64,000 bases of DNA from Takakia lepidozioides (lineage: Eukaryota; Plantae; Bryophyta): positions 24,304,001 to 24,368,000 of the forward strand of contig CM060734.1 in the NCBI GenBank assembly GCA_030704615.1. The letters run 5' to 3'. Shown one piece after another: positions 23,521-36,100 of this stretch. A program made the translations under genes and the position numbers. Each line of letters opens with the position of its first letter. Positions within the stretch are counted from its first letter, which is position 1. The notes beneath the pieces are model-generated. The model was not told where the DNA came from. It did no database searches and was given only the letters and a program-made list of their open reading frames with translations.

Positions 23521-25289
23521 AAAGTTGAGCCAAGAGGTCGAGGCCGGGTGTTTGATGTTTGAAAGGTACCATGTACTAGGTCTACCCTGTTTTTATTTTA
23601 CAATGTTGAATGATTCATATCTATGTCCCTGCATTGATATGGCCACACCTAAATTGACTCCCTTCAATCATGATATCATGATCAGGACTGTTAAACTTGC
23701 ATTACATGAGGTTTACATTGCAAAGTGCGACGACCACCTCTTTGTCTTTCCGAGGCCAAATTTTTGAAGTTCGTGATTTATTCCGTTTGCAGCGGAGTAC
23801 TGACTAAACCCATACACCACAATTAGTGGAAATAATTGTATGGTCCCATTTCACACAGGTGTGTAACATGCCATGTAAACTAAGCCAACCCCTGCCACGC
23901 TCATGGCTATTTTCACACCATTCTTCCCTGGGGTGTGGACCACATGTGAGACACCCCACAGTTAGGGCATATTTAGACCCACACCTTGGCTCAGTGTACA
24001 GACCCGTGATAAAAGCCGTGGAATGTGCCAGGTGTGAGATGGCATACCCGTGGAAAAAGCCGGTTTCTCTTCTAGTGTTACTGGAGCTCGACGTGGCTTT
24101 CATTGACGGGATGTGTCCTTGTTCTGAACCAGATTCTACTGGCGGCTATCTGGTTCTTTGTTTCTGTGTGGAGCCCCGGATCGGAGGTGGTGAGCTCTAT
24201 CAAAGTGCCGCTTCGGAATTTTCTTTGGGGTGCCACTGCATCGTCTCCCAGAAAAACGGCGTTAATCTCTTGGGCCCAGCTCTGCCGACCCAAACTGGAA
24301 GGTGGCCTAGGTATTCTGGACCCCGAGCGTCAAATCACCGCTCTTCTAGCCAGATGGATTCCACGCTCTTTTTGGCTGGTCACCAGCCCAGCTTGGTGTC
24401 AAATGATCCGTGAACATCTCGTTCGCTCCACCCCAAGGACCTCAGGCTCCTGGGCACATTCCGTGAAGTGGCTGGTTCATAGCTCTAAGCATACCCATAT
24501 GCTGGGCTCAAATGCTTGGATCTCTATCTGGAAGGCCTGGCTGGGAATCAGGCCTTTTTATTTCAACGAAGGGCAACTTAAACCTTTGCTGAAGCAATTA
24601 GGCAACCTCTCTTTGGGAACTTCAATCTGGACTCTGCTCCCCTCATCAAATTGAGCAGCAAATGGGCCACATGGGAGGCAGCAGGTTACGTTCGCGCCTT
24701 CACGGCCCCCTAGAGGTTATTTTTTCCTTTTGTATCTTTTCAATCCTTTAATAAATCTCCAGGGCCACTATCCCCTGTTCTTTAAAAGAAAAAAAAGAAA
24801 AAAAAATCGTATTTTCAGATAATTAATATAAGTACAACATATCAGCATACCACAACCGTATAGATCATTTTTTGATTTTTTGATTTTTTAAAAAAAATGA
24901 ACAGGGGGATTGAATCCCTGATTAATTTATTGAAAAAATTATTTGAAGGGGAAAAAAATTAAAACCCCATTTATGCCATAAGGCACACACACTGTATTCA
25001 GTGTATCAAGAACCAACAATCTTTGATGGAAATTTAAGTCCAAAGGACAAAAGATCATGTTCCTACTAAAGGCATTGCACTGCGATCAGTAAACCACGAG
25101 CCAGACAACTCTTAATGAAGAAAAGTCGAAGAGACCAAAAAACAGGGCACACTGCCCAAGACTTGAAGTGTAGCAAATGCTTAACCTATCTACTACTGGG
25201 CTGCTGAAGATCAGCCAGGGCGTTCCAGGGATGTTTGGAGATGGACGTTAATGAGGCATTGACCTGAGGGGGGCAGAGAGAGCCCTCTA

Positions 25290-28200
25290 TCTATAGAATA
25301 GTTTTGAAGCTGTCGTGGAGTGTTTTAGATGCTTCCAGTTGACTTCCCTTTCAAACTCGGGGGAAAGTGTGGAGTGGTGCACGGTGATCTCGCCAAGCTT
25401 GAGGGAGGAGCTCATTCCAGTTGCATTGGTCCTACACAGGGCTGCTGCATATGATGTTATGCTTGCCCCAGATGTGTTGAAATCTTCTGTGGATCGCTGC
25501 TGCATTCGTGGAGTCTCGTTGAATGACTGCACAGAGTTTGGCCAAGGCCTTCTTGGCTTCAGTTTGCAAATCAAGAAAGACCGAGGTAAGGAGGGAAGAT
25601 ATGTTTGTGGTTTGGCCACTAAACGTGTTTTTGCATCGTAGTTTCCAAAGGTGCCACATTACAGATGCCCTGAGGGTTTCAAACACTGGGCAGTTGAGGC
25701 TTCTACTTTTGGAGATTGGATCATAGTTTAGTAAAATGTCTGTGTCAGAGAGAATCTTGTGATCCCAGCATCTGTAGAATGTATTAACATATGGCCAGAT
25801 CTTAGCCGGAGCTTCACATAAAATGAGACAGTGTTCTAAAGATTCCAAGACAGCAATGGTGCAGCCAACACACAAAACGGCTCCCCGAAACTGAAGCCGT
25901 TCTCCAACTTTTAGAACCCTATTTACCACCTGCTAGAGGAAAGCTGCAATTTTCGATGGACGTGTTTTAATCCTGACTGAACCCCAGATAGTTTGCCAGT
26001 TCTCATCTTGGAAGTTGTACAACCCCCATCTAGATTCCCACTTTTTGTACATAGGTTAGGTAACGGATAGGGCTTTATATCCCTTTTTAGTTGTATAAGC
26101 AAAGAAGGGCTCCGGTTCATTGCTGAATTTCCATGACCATTCCAGGGGATCAATCTCCATTTCTACGAGGGGTCTTCCGAGGATCCACACAAAGGAGTTG
26201 GTTGTGAGCCAAACCCTCGTGGTGGTAGTGAGGGGAGGCTGGGGATTCATTGCTTTGACTCTGGGGCAGTCCAACAGCAGATTCTAATTGGAGTCAAAGG
26301 CACTGTTTGGATGCGTAAGGGGTCTGGAGATGTAAGATTGAGCCTGAGAGATTGTGTCAATGGAGAAAGTATAGACTGAAATGTCTGACATGGAGATATC
26401 TTCATATGCTTGACCAGAGAGTGGAACCTACTGACTTAAGGTTGAAGCCCTGAGTAAGCCATCAAAGGGAGGGGTTCAATTGGGTAGTTTTTAGGGGGGA
26501 TGAAGTACAATATGGTCATAGACCAGAAATTTCCACCAACCCCCCTCTGGCCCAAGAAAACGAGGTATCCATTTGCCAAGAAGTGCCGCAATCTGGGTCT
26601 CGGGATCAAGAACCCCCAACCCTCCCTTTTTCTTTGGCAAGCAGATTTGTGCCCAGGCCACCAAAGGTCTTTTGTTTTGTGATGAGGTTTCTGCTCCCCA
26701 GACGAAGTTCCTAAGAAGGTGTTTTATCTCCTGTGTCTGTTTGGAGTTTGGTCGCCAGGAAGAAGCATAATACCATAGCCCAACAAAATGAATATGGTTA
26801 GCCACCAGGGCTTTGCCTACTATTGAAAGGTGCTTAGACCCCCAGTAAGTCAGTTTTCTCTTTAACCTTGCCAATGTGGAGGCAAACATGACAGGCCAAT
26901 ACCATATGTGTAACCCAGAAGGGCGGTAGTTTCACCGGGTTTGAGCCATTTAAGCCCTTGAGTCACTCCCCAAGAAGTGTTCCCATTGAGGATGCTGACA
27001 GGTCACCCACTAACAGCCCTATAATTTTGTTCCAGTTGATTTTAAAGCCCGAGGCCGCACAAAAGTATTTAAGGTATGCCCCTGGTATGCCCTGCCCGGT
27101 CCAAATTTTCCGTGGTGGCTTGCAACATTAAAAAGGTGTCATCAACGAACATAGAGTCCACCAAGGATGTATATTGCTTGGTAATGTAATTGGTGACTCT
27201 GAGGCCCTTAATAAGGTGGTTCTGTTGCAACATGTATCCCAAGGTGTCTGCTACTACTAGAAATAGAAAGGGTGAGAGGGGGCACCCCTGGCACACCGAC
27301 CGTCGAAGAGGAAACGAGGCCGATAAACAACCCTGCTAGATGAGGAAGTGAGTAATATTCTTACCCATTTGCAAAAGGATTGAGGGAAGCCCATTTTTGT
27401 ACGGGCATATCTAGCATGTTGGCATCAAAGCACCTGCATCACACATGGTAAACAAATTTTTATACAGCCGCAAGTAGGAAGGACCATTCAACACGATCAA
27501 ATGCTTTTTCAAAATCCAGCAAGAGGAGAGCTATGGCTTGATTTGTTCTAGAGGCATAGGCTGGAATTTCCTGGGCCAGAAGTAGGTTAATAAATCCTGT
27601 TTGATTTGGCCTTATGATGGAGGGGAGGAGGGGTTGCAATCTAAGGGCCAGCGCCTTAGCCACTATTTTGTATGCCACGTTTAGAAGGGTTATTGGATAT
27701 ATTTGTCCTATTCCCTTTTTTGTACAGCAAGGTGATAACCCCTTGTGACATAAGGGGGGGCATGTGACCCTGGTGATACAGGTGGTTAGCCATTGCGGTG
27801 AAGTCCCCCGATATTTCAGGCCACAAAGCTTTGTAAAATTCAACCGGAATTCCATCCATTCCAGGTGACTTGTTGTTATGCAATTTGGCGAGTGCTTCTC
27901 TCAACTCAATGTCAGAGAAATCTCCTTCTAACTGGGATGCGTACTGTTGGGACAACAGGGTAGGAGTGTGGATCAAACACGATGTTTGCTCCTGAGACGG
28001 CTCCAAGGAGATGGTGTCACTATGGAAAAGATCAAGAAAATGTTTTCCCGCCAGTTTAGCCATCGTCTTTGGAGTCGAAGCTGAAAGCCCCGAGTGATGG
28101 TCTATGAGCTCTGAAATTGATTGGGAGGCCCTCCGCAATCTCGTTTTATCGAAGAAGTATCTATTCATTTTCTCCCCTTTTGTAGACCAATTAACCCCTG

Positions 28201-29322
28201 CCTGGAGTTTCCATTTCCTCTCTTGAATCTTGTGGTGAATATCCAAGTTGTTTCTGGCTTGAGCATATGTGCGGTAGGTATCCTCATGGCAGCGACTAGA
28301 TTCCAGTTTGGCTTGACAGACTCTAAGGCATTTGTTTAAGGCCACCACCTTTTTCTTCCTGATGTCAGTCAGCTCCCGACTCATTCTTTGGCTTTCAATG
28401 TTAACAGCCTTCAGTTTGGCCAAGAATCGTTGCGTAGGGTCGAGGAGGTTGTTCCTGGCTTGAGTCCAGGCCAACAGAAGGCCCTGTTTAAATTTTGGTA
28501 ACCTTCAAGAGGAGATTATTGATTTTGTAGAGGCCTCTTCCCCGCTTGTAAGAGTCAGGTAATGCCATGGATAGGGTGATTGGAGCATGGTCAAAGCTCA
28601 AGGGAATAGGTTCTTGCGGAGCTCTATTGGCATATTGAACTAGATTGAGGGAAAGATAAGCCCTGTTAAGATGAGCCATGCTAAGATCTGTAAGCGATCT
28701 ATTATTGGACCAAGTAAATGAGATGTTTGAGGTCTGGCCAAAGATTGGTACGGCCTCTGTCAGGTATGGGTAGAGTACAATTAAACCATTGGTCCATTTC
28801 TTTAGGGTTGGAGGTAAATGAGCCTGCACTTCTCCTATCTTCTTGCATTTCCACCATGTTAAAGTCACCAGATACTATCCAGCTATGAATGGTGGGTTAT
28901 TCTCGCATTTTGGTATTGAGAAGAGTCCAAAACTCTGCTCTGTCTGCAGAAGTGTTAGGCGCATAGATATTTACCAGCCCAATTGGGCCATCAAAGTTGG
29001 GCAAAGACAATGCACAAAATTGCAGTCTTCCAGAAAGCCAGTTGGCTTCCGATGTGAGGAAGGGTTGAATGGATGGGGAAAGAAGAATTGTAGTCCCTCC
29101 TTTTGTGCCAGAGGAGGTAGGTTTCCATAACGAATTAGTTAGTGGCCACAGATAATCAGAGATGCTATCAATTTTACTTTGGTCTAATTTATGTTCCTGC
29201 AGATTTATGATAGAGTGATCTGAAAGAAAGGGTGCCAACCAAGTTTTGATTTTCAATCTTTTTAGGGAAGCCGGGTCGGCTCCCAGCCCTCTCATGTTCC
29301 ACGAGTGGAGGTTAAAGATCAT
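25290..29322 (-). pseudogene. LINE A ORF2 (endonuclease, reverse transcriptase, zinc finger), frameshifted
   Basis: ORF pieces 28897-29322, 28488-28868, 27656-28474, 27460-27855, 27069-27296, 26491-26889 and 25432-25929. Confidence 0.93.
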
Positions 29323-31586
29323 TGAGAGGCAGAGGTAGGCTCAGACTGTCAGTCTCATTTGATGGCCTAGTTATCTGGTAAAAGAAAGTAACCCTTTGGT
29401 CTTTAGGTCTCAGGGAGTTGATCCAGACAAAGTTGTCTGGGGTTTTTCGGCTCTGATAGAGCCTTGGGTGGAGAAGTCACATGAGAGTTCGCTTGTGAGT
29501 TGGCCTGAGCTGTGTCTAAGACAACTCTCAGTACCTTTTATTCCAGACCAGTACTTGGTTAACTTGGCAGATATTGCAAACCATTTCGGCTCATATCTTG
29601 GATGTCTGGCGGTATTTGATCCTCAAATGTGTACTCACAACCTAAGGCAAGACCCGGCTTGGAAATCAGTGACTATCGCTTCTCGCCTTCATGAAACATG
29701 ATGTGCAAAATTTGTTTTGATGATGTCAGAGGAAGACATTCTCCTGCAATTTGTCAAGTTGCCGATAGATGAGAAGGGCAACTACTTTACAATCCAACCT
29801 TAATCCAACTCATAGAAGACACTACATACGCAGTTTGTTGCAGTTGGGCCATATCAAATTGGACTGCCCGACAGCAAAGCGCAAACGCTCTCAGCCATCC
29901 ATTCCCAATAACCTCCAGTCACAGGATCAAGAAGGGATTTTAGCAGCAACCTCAAACCAGGTGCAGGATTTGCAGTCTCCCACGGTATACTCAAGGCCAT
30001 CTTCAGCTCCCCGGAGGAATCAATCCATGCACAATGCACCAAACAACCCACTGCAGGTCAGGTCTAATCTACATAAGGTTGGCAGGGAAGGACATTTATA
30101 GACCCTATGCAGGAAGAGCTAATGGCACACCCACAACGGGAGGCTATTATCTCCAAGGGAAAGGAAAAACAGAAGGATCAACAGTTGCAAGAAACTACTA
30201 CTTCAAAAGGAAAAGAAAAACAGAGGGATAGCTCACCTCAAATGTTGGTTAGGTTGATACTTCCTACCAGTAACTCATTTCCCAAAATCACAACTGGGAT
30301 TGCATGCAACAACAGCTTCGCCAATACGTGTCTCCAGACCTGCTCATTCCCGCATCTAAATCTTGTAGGCTGTTCTGCTTTGGAAATTATGGACATCCCA
30401 AAGGCTGCCTGTGTTACCCCCCTCATCTTTCGAAAGAGTAAGCCCCCAACCATTCTCATCACATCAGATGACTTTGAATGCATCGAATCTTTATGGATAA
30501 CTTCGGTAGACATCAAGCATTTTGTGTAATCCAACCCTCCCAATAGCAACCCACATATTTTGTTGAAGGAGAAAATTCAGCAATTCTTTCAGAAACAGCA
30601 GAAACATTATTCACTATCTCCTCTTACAAAAATCTCATGGGCAGCTTACCTGGAAGATCAGTGCCCTGGTCTTAGTGTCAAGCCCTCAACCCACATCCTG
30701 GCCCTTATGGAGGATGCAGAAATCTATGCATCCCCTCCACCAATAGACGCCATCTAGACTTATGAAGAGTGGCTATCGGCTCCAAGAGGGAGTCACAAAT
30801 TACAAATTCGTAACCAGGATTCCCTGATGAATGGGTTTCAATTATTGGGAGCTCACTTGGATTCTGAGGTGGATGGTGACAACTACAGAATGGAGGTGCA
30901 GAGAACCAGAGAACACATTAATGGTACCAGGGGGGTATGTGAAGAGCTTCTACCCTCGAGCCAAAGAAGTTGATATTGCCCTCTTGAGAGGATGTCTCCA
31001 CTTGGGACTCCGAAGAAGAGAGCGAGAATTTTGCCTCCTGTGTTTCAAAGATTATTGAGAAAAATCCGCGTCTTTTTGCATGGCAGAACTGTTGCCTTAG
31101 TTCTCTATGGCCTCCAAGGTGCCTGTGGCCCAGTCCCTGACAATTGCTCTGTCCACTTTTTTCCCGGGGAAGTGAATGAGAATACCAGACTCTTCCATTG
31201 TAGCTACTTTTTTCTGCAGTTATGGGATATTCATGTTGATCATGGGGTAATCTTTGTCCAGATCATTGATTAAGAACATTTTCTTCCTCCCAATCAGATC
31301 CTAGATTCTCCACAATGGGGGATCCCTGAAGGTTAGGAAGAAAAGAGCTGAGTCTAGGAATTTTGAGAAGTGGTTGGGGGGGAGAGAGAGGGTTGAGGGG
31401 AAGGAGAGGAGACGGGTTTCTTACGGAACCATTGTCAGAAGCGATCCTTGAACGAGCTTGATGTGCCAGAAAAAAGCCTGTGCCTGACAATGGGATTGGT
31501 CTTCTAGGGTTATTCCGCGTTCCGCGACTGAAACCTCGAGATTCCATGATATCGTTGTTCCTCTGCTGGTTGGTGCCGTGAGTCAT
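29312..31586 (-). pseudogene. LINE A ORF1, with the segment about 29438-30989 inverted onto the + strand
   Basis: N-terminal part (GILIHFPG) and C-terminal part (FVWINSL..DQRVTF) are on minus; the middle (EPW..PFIPDQYL..IANHFGSYLG, knuckle GHIKLDC) is on plus; all match LINE B ORF1. Confidence 0.8.
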
Positions 31587-33199
31587 GAAGATGAGAGAAA
31601 AAGTAAAACCTGCTGATACTCCAAGACTCTCGCTTGAGTTACTGAGCTGGTGGTCAGGGGGCGAAAGTAGGAAAAGAGAGAAAGATAGAGGGGGGGAGAA
31701 GGGGCGGGAAACATAACAGAGGAAAGCGACTTCCTTAATGGCTAAAGACGGCGGAGGCTGATAAGTTAGGGATGATGCAAAAGTCTGATAAGGAGATGAA
31801 AGGAAGCTCGCTATTAGGATGAACAGTCAGAAGAGGGAACTTTGAAAAAACACATATAAAGAAACTTAATGTGCATATCAATCGAAAGCAAAGCTTGGGG
31901 GTATATGTTTGCAGCAAAGATTGAGGGCAGCCAGAGGGGAAAAGGAATAGGAAGAGGCGATGGAAGTGGCCAGATGACCGTTGGCGGTCGTCTCGCAGCT
32001 CCAGCTCTCGATCCTTCCTCCAAAGGCTCTAAAATTTCAAAAAACTTAGGGAAAGACTTACATTGTATTTCGAAAAACTTAAATTATAATTTCCGTCCCC
32101 TTCCCTTTCAAAAACAAAAAAACATATTTTAAGAAGCGAAATATTTTGGAAACTTGTGAGCCACTACTGCACGGACCCTTTAAAACCTGGAGGCGAGAAA
32201 AAAAGACATAAGATTACTGGCTTAATGGAAGAAAGGTTGGCGAACTGCCAACCTGTTGGGATTAGGTCAGTTCCTCTAACCATGAAACTTAAGCACATCA
32301 TCACAGGTGGTTGTAGAACTTTTATTACTTGTATAGCTATTGTAAGACAATCTCCGCCATGGACATCGTCATGTACATGAGTGACTCATGTAGCGCACAT
32401 CCATGCTGGCGGCATGTACATACTATATGTATGTAATCCCACGTGTGGCATCACATGCCGGCGTGGAACGTCGCCGGGAAAGGTTGCCGAGAAACAGTGT
32501 CCGACAATACCGGAAGTACGGCCGGGAAGTCTTGCCGGGTAGGGGCGCTGACTGCCGGCAATCCGTCCGGTACTTCCCCTGCCAGAGACCGGTAGCGGGC
32601 CACCTTTGAATCATGGGGTGACGTCATTAAAATTGAATATAGTGCAAATGGGCCACTAGGACTTCCGGAGCACCGTTTGCCCTCTTTCACTGACTTGACA
32701 CGTGCTAGAGGTGCAGAATGGACGTTTTACCGCAGGTGCAACTAGGCCACTATAAGTATGTTCCTAGACTCCGAGTACAACCGCCGGAATAACCGCCGGA
32801 ATAGCCATAACTATAGATGTTACCGTCAGCATAACTGAGCTGGGCTCTCAAGTGTCGCCGCCTAAAACTGTACGAACCTGAGATACTAAATTGAGTCTGA
32901 CATGTAAGTGTGGTTTGTTTGGAATTGGCGGCAACGGGATTCGAGCTCCAGACCTAACGTGGTATCGAAGAAGTCTGTTCGATAACAATGTGGATGAGCA
33001 TATTATTCATCCACATCGGACCATCATTTTGCCAACGTGGCGATTTAGCAGTGGCTGGTTGACATGGAACCATGAGTCCAGGGGTTTGCTTCTAGTCACG
33101 TGACGCCGCATGGCGGAGCAAAGAGTGGTGCACGTTTTATCCGTACGCTAGAGCACACTCCCCTTTTTTCTAAAGTTTAATATCGCTTGTAATTTTGTA

Positions 33200-36100
33200 T
33201 TATGAGTTTTATTTAATAGGTTATAGCAGCTGCAGAACAGCCCCTCCTTTTTAGGCGAAAAAAAGCAAAATAGCACAAAAAAAAAAGGGCCCGTCGAGGG
33301 AAAAAGCCCTAAGGTCGGGGGATTCAACCCTATCAGGTCATCTCTTTTTAAGAGGAAATGCCCCAGACAATCAGCCACAAGTAGAGAGTAGACCTAAGCA
33401 GGGAAAGGAAGAAGAAATCAGCCCATTGATAACCACTTTACTGGAGGCCGATCGGAGCAAGATGTTTGCGAAGAACACTATTAAGGAAATCCCAGCTTAT
33501 ATTATCAAAAGCTTTTTCAAAATCTAGCATAAAAAAGGCGAAGGGTTGGGAATTCAAGTTCGCAGGATGCAAAGCTTCCTTAGCAAATAGAACGTTATCC
33601 AGAATCATGCGACTACTCACAATTCCAGTTTGCTCAAGCCTAATAATGGCTGGGAGTAAGGGCTGAATATGAAGGGCAAGAGCCTTAGCGATGACTTCAT
33701 ACGTGGAGTTCAATAAAGTTATAGGGCTGTAATTGGAAATCACCGCTCTGTCCTCTTTCTTGAAGATGAGGGTAATCAGCCCTTGAGAAATCTGGGAAGG
33801 CATGATGCCTTTAAGCAATATATCATTGGTCATGGCCAAGAAGTCATCCCCAATTGTGCCCCACAATTCCCTAAGGAATTGCATAGGAAGGCCATCGGCC
33901 AATGCAGGCACCTTACCTGGGCTGAGAGAGATCAAAGCATCGTTTAATTCCATCAGGGTAAAAGGGCAAGCTATCATATCCTTATCCTTGGGACTGAGGG
34001 ACTCGAGAACCGAGCCTAAAGATAGCTTCCGCAGCAGCAGTAGACTCACGACAGGAAGGATGGTCAGAGAAAAGATTGGTGAAATAATCAGCCGCTAATC
34101 CTGCCATCTTCTTAGCGGAAGAATGCACTTGCCCCTGCTGATCCACCAGGGAAGCTATGGAGTTAGCCAAAGACCGCTACTTAGCTTTAGCAAAAATACT
34201 TATTCATTTTTTCTCCCTTTATAGACCAATTGACCCCTGCTTTACGTCTCATAGCCTCATCCTTGTATTGTCTAATTGACCAAAGGTTAGACTTTGACGT
34301 ATTATATGACAGCAACGTCTGAGGCCCTTCTCTCTTTTCCTCCAACAAATTCTGACACATCTCCATGCATTTCAACAAACAATTTTCTCTCTGCACAATT
34401 TTCAAGGCAAATGAACAAGGAAGGTCCTGACTGGCTTTACGAGTCGCTTGAAGCTTCGCAAGATACCTCAAAATTGGCGAGGAGAGATGGTTCCCTGAAG
34501 AGATCCAGATGAAAGCAAGGGACTCCAACGTCTCTGGACACTTCAAGAAAGACGGATTAAAGCCTAAAGTAACCAGGACCCTTAGGCCATTGACCAGGGG
34601 ATCTTAAGGTTACATTGGATTTCCGCATGATCAAAACCTGGCAAGATAGGCCCTAAAGGGACTATCGAGGCCCAGGGCAGGATGGCATTGGGAGCAAGAG
34701 AGCCTATCTAATCTGGCCATACAAAGGGCAGGGGGAGACCTGTTATTGGACCAGGTAAATCGCAAGGAGCCATCAGGAGGAACAGAGACATCAACCAAGC
34801 CAAGCAAAAGACAGAGAGAATCCAAGCTACCGATTCTCCCATTGAGAGATTGGTGTTGGGGTCTAATCTATCCGTAGGTCTATCTGCTTGCAATCCCCCG
34901 CAAGGATCCAATGATCAACCTCACTATGACCCCTGATGTTGAGACTCAGCAGATCCTATAAGTCAATTATTTCTTGAGCAAGGTTTGGGGCATACACATC
35001 AATAAGGCCAATTTTGGATGGTCCCCAGGGGAAATAAGAATTCCAAATTGGGCCCTACCTTGAACCCACACCTAACCCATTTAGGAAGCAAGAAGAGATG
35101 GAGATAAGAGAATGGTAGTACCCCCTTGAGCGTCAGCAACCAAACTATTCCACCATGCCGCCTGCTGAGGCCATATCATGCTACCAAGACTGGCAATTTA
35201 GAGGTCATCCAGCTTATACTGTTGTAAAAAAATAACTGAATCGGACGAAATGTAAGGGGCAGCCCAATTCCTAATTCTGGTGCGCTTGGGAGCAGACGCC
35301 TCCGAGCCAATACCCCTAATGTTCCATGATCTTAGGGTGAAATTCATGAGAAAGGGCGGGTGAGGCCCAAGAGCAGCTCTCGAAATGATGACCCATAAGC
35401 AGAAAAATGGAACAAGGTACGGTTGTCCGACGCGGGGAGAGCAGAGATCCATTTAAACCCCAGGGGATCAGGAGTCAAAAAGTGGGTGAGCCGGAACACC
35501 GCAACGAGTATGGATCCCCTCCCTTTGGCCCCAAGCCCCAAAGGTGCTACCAAACGCTTCTTCTTAAGTAGGGTATGATAATACAGCAGAGAACCCAAGA
35601 AACCCAGGAAGGAAGCGACTTCAGGAAGCTGGCGTCCCACATCATCCGGAGAAGAGCTATTCAGAAACCAGACCGGGAGAACCTTCAAACAAGCATGATC
35701 CCTGACTAGAATAAGACACCGTTCGCAGGAAAAGGGGTCCTCACAGCAGATGAAGAGGGACGTGGCATAGTAAGACGGGCTTACCACAAACATAGGGGCC
35801 TCAGCTGATCTGGCGGAGGGAGACCGCACATAGGGACTTACAATCAGAGAGGACTCGGCAACGTTAGCCAGTGATTCCAGCCCAACCCCACTTGCCACTG
35901 GAGATTTGACAGGAGCCATGGGAGAGCCTACTCCCAAGATGACATCCACAATCGCAAAACCAGCTTTAAGGAGAACCATATTTTTCAAAAATCCAACATC
36001 CAAGGGGTGGGGGTCCTTAAGGGTCCGCTTGGTGATCCAGGAGCTATGCGCTACCTCAGCATGCAAACGCAAGTACATCTCATCTACATCAAGCACAAGC

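Larger units (their letters stand above)
20532..24077 (-). mobile_element. Non-autonomous CACTA/EnSpm DNA transposon
   Basis: Perfect 30-bp TIRs CACTAGAAGAGAAACCGGCTTTTTCCACGG (20532-20561 and 24048-24077), 3-bp TSD TTA, CCAC/GTGG-rich subterminal repeats; no TnpD transposase seen. Confidence 0.95.
20328..24806 (+). mobile_element. 5'-truncated, internally deleted L1-like LINE split by the CACTA insertion
   Basis: Reading LRRNLAY (20531) continues as WSSTWLSLTGCVLVLNQIL...ISWAQLCRPKLEGGLGILD (from 24081); AATAAA and an A-rich tail at about 24750-24806. Confidence 0.85.
24870..32020 (-). mobile_element. Near full-length degenerate L1-like LINE (copy A) with an internal inversion; 5' boundary approximate
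   Basis: ORF2 from 29322: endonuclease (SWNMRGLG, LQEHKL, VNIYAPN), RT (KSPGMDG, LLDFEKAFDRV, QGCPLSP, FVDDT) and C-terminal CxxC..ESLEHC; ORF1 from about 31586; A-rich tail near 24870-24900. Confidence 0.92.
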
